Origin: the human T2T-CHM13v2.0 reference genome, Homo sapiens
DNA: 64,000 nucleotides
Assembly: GCF_009914755.1 (NCBI RefSeq)
Contig: NC_060930.1
Strand: one strand, 5' to 3'
The stretch's first letter is position 1. The number at the start of each line of letters is the position of its first letter. The translations under genes were made by a program, and so were the position numbers. This document shows positions 45,133-55,451 of the stretch, piece by piece. Under the pieces are notes generated by a model. That model worked only from the letters and a program-made list of their open reading frames with translations. It did not search any database and had not been told where the DNA came from.

Positions 45133-45315
45133 CCCCAACCTCATATATCTGTGCCCCAACCTCTTATATCTCTGCGCCCCAATCCCTTATTTCCATGCGC
45201 CAACCTCTTATATCTCTGCGCCCCGATCCCTTATTTCCACACCCCAACCTCTTATATCTCTGTGCCCCAATCCCTTATTTCTGTGCCCTGACCTCATATC
45301 TCTGTGCCCCAACCC
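45133..45315 (+). repeat. HERV-H leader tandem repeats
   Basis: Iterated ccccaacctc(t/a)tatatctctg(t/c)gcccc and atcccttatttc units. Confidence 0.85.
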
Positions 45316-46424
45316 CTTCTCTGCTTTTCTGGAGGGCAAGAACCCCCCACCCCTTCTCCGTGTCTCTACTCTTTTCTCTCGGCTTGCCTCCTTCACTATG
45401 GGCAAGCTTCCATCTTCCATTTCTCCTTCTTCTCCCTTAGCCTGTGTTCTTAAGAACTTAAAACCTCTTCAACTCTCACCTGACCTAAAATCTAAGAGTC
45501 TTATTTTCTTCTGCAATGCCGCTTGACCCCAATACGAACTCGACAGTAGTTCCAAATAGCCAGAAAATGGCACTTTCAACTTTTCCATCCTACAAGATCT
45601 AAATAATTCTTGTCATAAAATGGGCAAATGGTCTACGGTGCCTGATGTCCAGGCATTCCTTTACATATCAGTCCCTCTCTAGTCTCTGTTCCCAGTGCAA
45701 CTCATCCCAAATCTTCCTTCTTTCCCTCCCACCTGTCCCCTCAGTCCCAACCCCAAGCGTCACTGAGTCTTTCTAATCTTCCTTTCTACAGATTAGGGGT
45801 CAGACACATCTGACCTCTCCCCTCCTCCCCAGGCTGCTCCTCGCCAGGCCAAGCTAGGTCCCAATTCTTCCTCAGCCTCCGCTTCTCCACCCTATAATCC
45901 TTTTATCCCCTCCCCTCCTCACACCTGGTCTGGCTTACAGTTTCGTTCCATGACTAGCCCTCCCCCACCTGCCCAGCAATTTACTCTTAAAAAGGTGGCT
46001 GGAGCTAAAGGCATAGTCAAGGTTAATGTTCCTTTTTCTTTATCCCAAATCAGATAGCATTTAGGCTCTTTTTCATCAAATATAAAAATCCAGCCCAGTT
46101 CATGACTTGTTTGGCAACAACCCTGAGACACTTTACAGTCCTAGACCCTAAAAGGTCAAAAGGCCATCTTATTCTCAAAATACATTACCCAATCTGCTCC
46201 TGACATTAAATAAAACTCCAAAAATTAAATTCCGGCCCTCAAACCCCACAACAGGATTTAGTTAACCTCAGCTTCAAGGTGTACAATAATAGAAACAAGT
46301 TGCAATTCCTTGTCTCCACTGTGAGACAAACCCCAGCCATATCTCCAGCACACAAGAACTTCCAAAGGCCTGAACCGCAGCGGCCAGGCGTGGCATTCCT
46401 CCAGAACCTCCTCCCCCAGGAGCT

Positions 46425-46466
46425 TGCTACAAGTGCCAGAAATCTGGCCACCAGGCCAAGGAATGC
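46425..46466 (+). pseudogene. HERV-H gag nucleocapsid zinc knuckle remnant
   Basis: Translates to [14 protein letters not shown] (CX2CX4HX4C); no long gag ORF. Confidence 0.85.
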
Positions 46467-46701
46467 CCGCAGCCCGGGATTCCTCCTAAGCTGCATCCCA
46501 TCTGTGCAGGACCCCACTGGAAATCGGACTGTCCAACTCACCTGGCAGCCACGCCACTCCCAGAGCCCCTGGAACTCTGGCCCAAGGCTCTCAGACTCCT
46601 TCCCAGATCTTCTTGGCTTAGCGGCTGAAGATTGACGCTGCTCAAGCGCCTCGGAAGCCCCCTAGACCATCACGGATGCCGAGCTTCAGGTAACTCTCAC
46701 A

Positions 46702-48870
46702 GTGGAAGGTAAGTCCGTCCCCTTCTTAATCAATATGGAGGCTACCCACTCCACATTACCTTCTTTTCAAGGGCCTGTTTCCCTTGCCTCCATAACTGTT
46801 GTGGGTATTAACAGCCAGGCTTCTAAACCTCTTAAAACTCCCCAACTCTGGTGCCAATTTAGACAATACTCTTTTGAGCACTCCTTTTAGTTATCCCCAC
46901 CTGCCCAGTTCCTTTATTAGGCCGAGACACTTTAACTAAATTATCTGCTTCCCTGACTATTCCTGGATTACAGCTATATCTCATTGCTGCCCTTCTTCCC
47001 AATCCAAAGCCTCCTTTGCATCCTCCTCTTGTATTCCCCCACCTTAACCCACAACAATAAGATACCTCTACTCCCTCCTTGGTGACCAATCATGCACCCC
47101 TTACCATCTCATTAAAACCTAATCACCCTTACCCTGCTCAATGCCAATATCCCATCCCACAGTATGCTTTGAAAGGATTAAAGCCTGTTATCACTCACCT
47201 GCTATAGCATGGCCTTTTAAAGCCTATAAACTCTCCTTACAATTCCCCCATTTTACCTGTCCTAAAACCAGACAAGCCTTACAAGTTAGTTCAGGATCTA
47301 TGCCTTATCAACCAAATTGTTTTGCCTATCCACCCCATGGTGCCAAACCCATATACTCTCCTATCCTCAATACCTCCCTCCACAATCCATTATTCTGTTC
47401 TGGATCTCAAACATGCTTTCTTTACTATTCCTTTGCACCCATCATCCCAGCCTCTCTTCGTTTTCACTTGGACTGACCCTGACACCCATCAGGCTCAGCA
47501 AATTACCTGGGCTGTACTGCCGCAAGGCTTCACAGACAGCCCCCATTACTTCAGTCAAGCCCAAATTTCATCCTCATCTGTTACCTATCTTGGCATAATT
47601 CTCATAAAAACACACGTGCTTTCCCTGCTGATCATGTCTGATTAATCTCCCAAACCTCAATCCCTTACAAAACAACAACTCCTTTCCTTCCTAGGCATGG
47701 TTAGTGTGGTCAGAAATCTTACACAAGAGCCAGGACCGCACCCTGTAGCCTTTCTGTGCAAACAACTTGACCTTACTGTTTTAGCCTAGCCCTCATGTCT
47801 GCCTGCAGCGGCTGCTGCTGTTTTAATACTTTTAGAGGCCCTAAAAATCACAAACTATGCTCAACTCACTCTCTACATTTCTCATAACTTCCAAAATCTA
47901 TTTTCTTCCTCATACCTGACGCATATACTTTCTGCTCCCCGGCTCCTTCAGCTGTACTCACTCTTTATTAAGTCCCACAATTACCATTGTTCCTGGCCCG
48001 GACTTCAATCTGGCCTCCCACATTATTCCTGATACCACACCTGACCCCCATGACTGTATCTCTCTGATCCACCTGATATTCACCCCATTTCCACATATTT
48101 CCTTCTTTCCTGTTCCTCACCCTGATCACGCTTTATTTATTGATGGCAGTTCCACCAGGCCTAATCGCCACACACCAGCAAAGGCAGGCTATGCTATAGT
48201 ACAAGTCACTAGCCCGCCTCTTAGAACCTCTCATTTCCTTTCCACCGTAGAAATCTATCCTCAAGGAAATAACTTCTCAGTGTTCCATCTGCTATTCTAC
48301 TACTCCTCAGGGATTATTCAGGCCCCCTCCCTTCCCTACACATCAAGCTCAAGGATTTGCCCCCATCCAGGACTGGCAAATTAGCTTTACTCAACATGCC
48401 CCGAGTCAGATAACTAAAATACCTCTTAGTCTAGGTAGACACTTTCACTGGATAGGTACAGGCCTTTCCTACAGGGTCTGAGAAGGCCACCACAGTCATT
48501 TCTTCCCTTCTGTCAGACATAATTCCTCAGTTTAGCCTTCCCACCTCTATACAGTCTGATAACAGACCAGCCTTTATTAGTCAAATCAGCCAAGCAGTTT
48601 TTCAGGCTCTTAGTATTCAGTGAAACCTTTATATTCCTTATGGTCCTCCGTCTTCAGGAAAAGTAGAACGGACTAAAGGTCTTTTAAAAACACACCTTCC
48701 CAAGCTCAGCCACCAACTTAAAAAGGACTGGACAATACTTTTACCACTTTCCCTTCTCAGAAGTCAGACCTGTCCTCAGAATGCTACAAGGTACTGCCCA
48801 TTTGAGCTCCTGTATAGACATTCCTTTTTATTAGGCCCCAGTCTCATTCCAGACGCCAGACCAACTTAGA
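46702..48870 (+). pseudogene. HERV-H pro-pol remnants (protease, RT, integrase), disrupted
   Basis: EGKSVPFLINMEATHSTL (degenerate DTGA); VLDLKHAFFTIPLH and WAVLPQGFTDSPHYF RT motifs; many stops, frameshifts and deletions. Confidence 0.9.
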
Positions 48871-49457
48871 CTGTGCCCCAAAAAAACTTGTCATCCCTAC
48901 TAACTTCTGTCTAGTCATACTCCTATTCACCATTCTCAACTACTCATACATGCCCTGCTCTTGTTTACACTGCCGGTTTACGCTGTTTCTCCAAGCCATC
49001 ACAGCTGATATCTCCTGGTGCTATCCCCAAACTGCCACTCTTAACTCCTGAAGTAAATAAATAATCTTTGCTGGCAGGACTATGCTGAATCTCCTTAGGC
49101 ACTCTCTAATCAGATGTCCTGGGTCATCCCAATTCTTAGACCTTTTATACCTGTTTTTCTCCTTCTGTTATTCCATTTAGTTTTTCAATTCATACAAAAC
49201 TGTATCCAGGCCATTACCAATAATTCTACATGACAAATGTTTCTTCTAACAACCCCACAATGTCACCCCTTACCACAAAATCTTCCTTCAGCTTAATCTC
49301 TCCCACTCTAGGTTCCCACACCACCCCTAATCCCGCTCGAAGCAGCCCTAAGAAACATCGCCCACTATCTCTCCATACTATCCCCCAAAATTTTCACTAT
49401 CCCAACACTTTACCACTATTTCGTTTTATTTTTCTTATTAATATAAGAAGACAGGAA

Positions 49458-49869
49458 TGTCAGGCCTCTGAGCCCAAGCTAAGCCATCATATCCCCTGTG
49501 ACCTGCACGTACACAACCAGATGGCCGGTTCCTGCCTTAACTGATGACATTCCACCACAAAAGAAATGAAAATGGCCTGTTCCTGCCTTAACTGATAACA
49601 TTGTCTTGTGAAATTCCTTCTCCCGGCTCATCCTGGCTCAAAAGCTCCCCTACTGAGCACCTTGTGACCCCCACTCCTGCCCGCCAGAGAACAACCCCCC
49701 TTTGACTGTAATTTTCCTTTACCTACTCAAATCTTATAAAACGGCCACACCCCTATCTCTCTTCACTGACTCTCTTTTCGGACTCAGCCTGCCTGCACCC
49801 AGGTGATTAAAAGCTTTATTGCTCACACAAAGCCTGTTTGGTGGTCTCTTCACACGGATGCCCATGAAA
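49458..49869 (+). promoter_or_regulatory. 3' LTR7 (412 bp) preceded by a PPT
   Basis: PPT aagaagacaggaa at 49445-49457; about 15 substitutions and 3 indels vs the 5' LTR by hand count. Confidence 0.95.
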
Positions 49870-50253
49870 GTATGTTTATAGCAGCTTTACTAATAATTGC
49901 CAAAAACTGTAAACAGTCAAGATGTTCTTCAAATAACAAATGGATAAACAAACTGTGGTATAACTGGACAAAGGAACATTATTTAGTAATAAAAAGAAGC
50001 TATCAAGTCACAAAAAGACATGGAGGAAACTTAAATGCATCAAAAATAATTTACATGCAAAATGAAATCAATTAATTCCAGGTGAGCAATCTGATGAGTT
50101 TTGATAAATGTATGCAGTTGTAGGACTATCACAATAATCTTGACATAGAACATATCCATGGCCCCTAAAAATCCCCTTGCAACCTCTTTACAGTCACCTC
50201 CCTCTACCATCACCTGGCTCTTGGCAACCAGTGACATACTTTCTATTATTATA

Positions 50254-50830
50254 TTAAGTAATTGTGGTTTTTGCATTATTGGAATTTGCCGTTTGATATT
50301 GGAATACATTCTTAAATAAATGTGGTTATGTTATAAATCATTTTAATATGCATTTCTCACTTTATGTTTTTTTGCTAATGACTTACCACTTACCATTCAT
50401 TTTAGACCATGGAAATGATGTTAGACGAATGGCAGATTCAAGCAATTTTCTTATTTGAGTCCATGACAATGCCTGACTGCATGTTGCACAACCTATGCTT
50501 GAAAAGTTGAATGAATTGGTCTACAAAGTTTTGCCTCATCTGCCATATTCACCTGACTTCTCACCAACCACCACTTCTTCAAGCATCTCGACAACTTTTT
50601 GCAGGGAAAACGCTTCTACAACCAGCAGGATGCAGAAAATGCTTTCCAAGAGTTTGTCGAATCCTGAAGCAAGGATTTTTGTGCTACAGGAATAAAAAAA
50701 CTTACTTATCGTTGGCAAAAATGCGTTGATTGTAATGATTCCTATTTTGATTAATAAAGATGTGTTTGAGCCTAGCTATAATGATTTAAAATTTATAATC
50801 TGAAACTGCAATTACTTTTGCACTAACCTA
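50254..50830 (+). mobile_element. HSMAR1 mariner, internally deleted
   Basis: MEMMLDEWQIQAIFLFE at 50409 joined to HDNA...LNELVYKVLPHLPYSPDFSPT; right TIR caattacttttgcactaaccta; left TIR partial. Confidence 0.9.
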
Positions 50831-51165
50831 GTTTTGCCTTTTTCAGAATTTTATATAAATGGAATTATAGAGTCTATAGGCATTTGTTTCTGCTTTCTTT
50901 TACTTAGCATAATACTTATGACACTCATTCGTCTTTATCAATAGTTTATTTCTTTTTGTTTCTGAGTGGTACATCTTTGTATTGGTCCTCCACCAGTTAT
51001 TTATTCCTTTACCTGTTGATGGACATTTGGGTTCTGTCCAGTTATGGGCTATTAAGAGTAAAGCTGCTATGAAGATTATGTACAAGTCTTTGTGTGGGCA
51101 CATGCTTTCATTTCTCTTAGGCAATACCTAAGATTGAAATGGCAGCATAGTAGAACAGGTTTATG

Positions 51166-51482
<317 letters not shown>

Positions 51483-51975
51483 AGGTTTGTTTTTAAAAAA
51501 CTGACAGTTTTCCAGTGGTGTTCCAGGTTATGTTCCCACAGTGTATGATCATTCCAATTGCTCTGCTTCCTCACCAACACTAGGTATGATTGGCCTTTTT
51601 AATTAGAACCATATTTATGAGTGTGTAGTGATATCTCATTGTGGTTTTGATTTACATTTCCTTTATAAACAACAATGTTGAACATCTATCTTATGTGCTT
51701 ATTTTCCTTCTCTATATCTTATTTGATTAAGTTTCTGTTTAAATCTTTTGCCCATTTTTATTTGGATTATTTGTCTTATTATTGAATTGTGTGAGTTATT
51801 TATATATTTCAGATACAAATTCTGTATCTGAAAATATTTGAAAATATTTTGTTAGTCTGTGGCTTACCTTTTCATATCCTTAAATTTCTTTTGAGGACCA
51901 AGAGTTTTTACTTTTGATGAAATCCAATTTTTTTTATTTTATACTTTGTACTTTTATGTCCTAATTATAAAAAGC

Positions 51976-53031
51976 TTTTTTTTTTTAAGAACTGATGTTT
52001 ATTTTCCAACAACCTTATTTCCATTTTGCTTAGGAGCCTGTGGAAAATGGCTTAAGACCGACCACTCAGTGGTTTTTCATACCCATTCAGTGGCCCAAGC
52101 AGTGGGAGCTGTGGACCAGTCTTCCATGGCAGGCTGAGTGCTCTAGTCTTCAGTAGGGACCTGCTGAACAGACACAGGGGGCACCTGTGTGACCTGCACA
52201 CCTTCAAAGCAGGCTGCAACCTCAGGCTGAGTAGCAGTACACTCAGGAGCCAGGGCAGTCCCTTCACCCTGAAATTCCTCCTTAGCCTCAGCTTTTTTAG
52301 CAGCAGCCTGCTCTTTCTTTCTAATCTCCTTGGGATCTCTGTAGACATAGAGATCAGGCACGACCTCCTATGGGTGTTCACAGGAGATGGTGCCATGCAT
52401 ATGCAGAACTTCCAGGCTGGCATCTTCCACATCAGACCCACTGAGTGAGTGCCCTTGTTGTTGCAGGGGATGGCAATGTCCACAGCGCAGACGAGAATCT
52501 GTGTGACCCAAAGCAATGGTAGGCAGGTTAGCATAAGACACCTCTGTGAGAGGCTGGTGGTCAGCTCTGGGATCAGTAATTGCCAAGAGCCATGGCTCCC
52601 AGAAGGCTGCCTGGGTCTGGTTAGTGAAAGTTTCAAGAGTGAAACAATGAAACAGCCAGCAATAGGAGTGACTCCAGTGGCAGCAGCAAACTTCAGCACA
52701 GCCCACTGGCCAGTATTCTGGAGGGCGTGACACTGACATCAGCACAGTTTTCAATGGCAACAATGGCGCCAGCTGCCAGAAGAAGCTTCTCCCAGGTCCT
52801 GTTCAGATTTAGGAAGCAGATGCTTTCACTTTTCCTTTTATAGGTGTACTGTTCCATTTGGAAGTCGAGGTTGATGCCACCTAATTGGGTCCCTGCTGCA
52901 AGAAACTTGAGGACATCCTCCTCCTTCATTTGCAGGATATCAAGGGCTCCAGACGTTGTGAAAGTTTCCCTTGAAGTTACAATGGAATCCAGAACAATGC
53001 CATATGGACCCTCCTCTGGGTATCCAGAAAG
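51976..53031 (-). pseudogene. RPSA: Processed pseudogene of 40S ribosomal protein SA / 37-kDa laminin receptor
   Basis: [38 protein letters not shown] and [13 protein letters not shown] peptides; intronless; ATG changed to ACG at 52954-52956; frameshifts; AATAAA (51998-52003) and poly(A) (51976-51986); TSD cctaattat(a/g)aaaa at 51960 and 53032. Confidence 0.97.
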
Positions 53032-53482
53032 CCTAATTATGAAAACTTTAGCTAACTTGTGACTGCTTGGATTTTCTCTGATGTCTTCTAGAAGTTTTAT
53101 GCTGTTGACTCTTACCTTAAGGTCTTTATCTATTTTGAATCAATTTTTCTTTATGGTGTGAGGTAAGAAACAAGGGTAATTTTTTAGCATATAAATATCC
53201 AGTTGTTCCAGCACCAACTGTTGAAACAATTATCCTTTCCCCCATTAAATTCCCTTGGTATCTTTGTCAAGAATCTATTGACAGTGATTGCTAACAGATT
53301 TCCAGAAAGAAGAAGTGAGAAGCACAGCAGCCTACTAAGCATAACAATCGTTTTACTAAAAAAGAAGTTAAAGAAAATAGTTTTTTTTAAGTTTCTGCAC
53401 ATTGTTCTGAGGGCATACAGAAAATGAAGAAATATTTATTCCAGAAAATTTACTAAATCCTTGGTAACAGCATAGTCTGTAT

Positions 53483-53912
53483 TGATAAAAGAAAAGCTTT
53501 AGCCGAATTAAATTTAAAGGAGTTTAATTGAGCAATGAATGATTTTCAAATTGGGCAGCCCACAGAATTAGAGCAAATTCACAGAGACTCCAGCACAGCC
53601 ATGTAGTGGAAGAATATTTATAGACAAAAAGGGGAAATAATGTACAGAAATTGGAAGTGAGGTACAGAACGACTGGATTGGTTCCAAGTTTGTGTTTGCC
53701 TTATTTGAACACAGCTTGAACATTCAGCAGTGTATAAATGGTCGAAGTACAGCCACTGGGATTGGCCAAGACTCAGCTATTGCTCCAGGTGCATACTCCT
53801 AAGTTAGGTTTTCAATCTTGTCTGCCTACTAAACTAGGTTGCAGTTTGTTCACAAGGACTCAAATACAGAAGTACAGAGTCCTCCTCAGGCCATATTTAG
53901 TTGACTTTAACA
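53483..53912 (-). mobile_element. MER57A1-like solo LTR inside an L1M 5' region
   Basis: tgataaaagaaaagc...gactttaaca; flanks gtat/gtgt. Confidence 0.88.
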
Positions 53913-55326
53913 GTGTCCTCTGAGCCATGACTGCTTCCTCCCTCCCCTCTCTAAGCTCTGACTTATGGAAACACTGCTCTGGGCACTCAACTTCAGGCAG
54001 TGAAGCCCAAGAATATGACACAGGGGATCCCTCTCCCTCCTGTGTCCCAGAATAGGGCTACAGCTTCACCCTGGGAATGCAGGCTGCTGCTGTTTCTCAC
54101 TTCCCCTATGATGAGAAGCTTTGTTCTTATCATACATGACCTCCTGCATAAACTCTTTCATACAGAAGTTCTGATCATACATAGCCCAAAGGGCTGAGGC
54201 TCCCATCTTATACCCTACTCATAGGGTGGAAATACTATTTCAGAACCAGCAGATTGAGAATACTGGGGCTCCAGGTCCCTCCCCTGTCATTCCCAGGGCA
54301 GAGGTTCCACAAGGAGAAGGCAAGCTAAGAAGGCTGGAGATTATCATTCTCCCTCCATCCAGCATCCAATAGAGCAGGGATGTCACCAGGATAAGGAGGC
54401 TATTATCTACACCCAAGCTCCTGTGCAGTCTGCAGAGTTCCTGCCATAGGAGAGCAGTAGCCTTTATTAAGGACAAAGCTCTGTAGTCCTGCCCAAGGGA
54501 ACTGACTCAATTAGGAAAATAGTGCAGAGAATTTCATGCCTAAGGGTGTTGTAGAGATAATGGAGATCTTAATTCATGGTGGACAGCAATTAAAAGGGCA
54601 CTTAAATCCAGCAATCCCACTTCTAAGTATATAGCCAAAGGAATTGAAATCGGCATGTCAAAGAGACATTTGCACTCTCATTTTCATTGCAGCATTAGTC
54701 ACAATAGCCAAAACATGGAATCAACCTAAGTGTCCATCAGTGGAGGAATGGAGAAAAACAGGGTACATGTACACAATGAAATACTATTCAGCCTTCAAAA
54801 AGAAGGAAATTCTGTTATTTGTGACAATATGGATGAATCTAGAGGACATTATGCCAAGAGAAATAAACCATGCACAGAAAGACAAATATTGCATGATCTC
54901 ACTTATATGTGAAATCTAAAAAAGTTTAACTCAAGAAGTAGAGAATAGAATGGTGGTTTCCAGAAGATGAGGTTGCAGGAGAGTTGAGGGGAAAAGGGAA
55001 AATGTTTGTTAAAAAGTGCAAAGTGTCAATTTGTTGACGAAAAGAGTCAAACTCTAAAATATTCGAAGAGGTTAACGCTGAGCCAAATATGAGTGACCAT
55101 GGCCCATGACACAGCCCTCAGGAGGTCCTGAGAACATGTGCCCAAGATGGTCAGGGCACAGCTTGGTTTTATACATTTTAGGGAGGCATGAGACATCAAT
55201 CAAATACATTTAAGAAATGCATTAAGATTTGGTTCAGAAAGGCAGGACAACTTGAAGCGTGGCTTCCAGGCTATAGGTAAATTTAAAAATTTTCTGGTTG
55301 ACAAATGGTTGAGTTTGTCTATGGAC

Positions 55327-55431
55327 TGATTAAAGAAAAACTTCAGCTGACTTCAATTTAAAGGAGTTTAATTGCAAATAAACATATTAAACTCCTTTAA
55401 ATTGAATTCGGCTGAAGTTTTTCTTTTATCA
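55327..55431. repeat. 46-bp inverted repeat of LTR termini, 13-nt spacer
   Basis: Arms 55327-55372 and 55386-55431; 43/46 complementary. Confidence 0.95.
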
Positions 55432-55433
55432 GA

Positions 55434-55451
55434 TGGTGTCAGAAGCAGGAT
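55434..55451 (+). other. Primer-binding site, tRNA-Leu-like
   Basis: tggtgtcagaagcaggat vs TGGTGTCAGAAGTGGGAT (16/18). Confidence 0.8.

Larger units (their letters stand above)
44131..49869 (+). mobile_element. HERV-H provirus (common ~5.7-kb deleted form)
   Basis: Two LTR7s, His PBS, PPT, gag zinc knuckle, pro/RT/IN remnants; TSD GTATG at 44126-44130 and 49870-49874. Confidence 0.97.
42140..50045 (+). mobile_element. Old L1M (MC-type) element interrupted by HERV-H
   Basis: ORF2 C-terminal-like peptide MNRHLTEEDIQIANKHVKRCS (43775); L1 text rejoins across the provirus: cacaggtatg|tttatagcagc. Confidence 0.8.

Noticed and set aside
45133-45315. Array of short repeats, superficially CRISPR-like
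   Set aside because: No unique spacers, eukaryotic context; these are HERV-H leader tandem repeats
46279-47645. HERV-H gag/pro/pol ORFs as active retroviral genes
   Set aside because: Short fragments only; protease DTGA is degenerate and the RT YXDD motif is absent
52052-52929. 215-, 131-, 78- and 72-aa ORFs as a functional RPSA gene
   Set aside because: Start codon lost, homology switches between frames, intronless with poly(A) and TSD: a processed pseudogene
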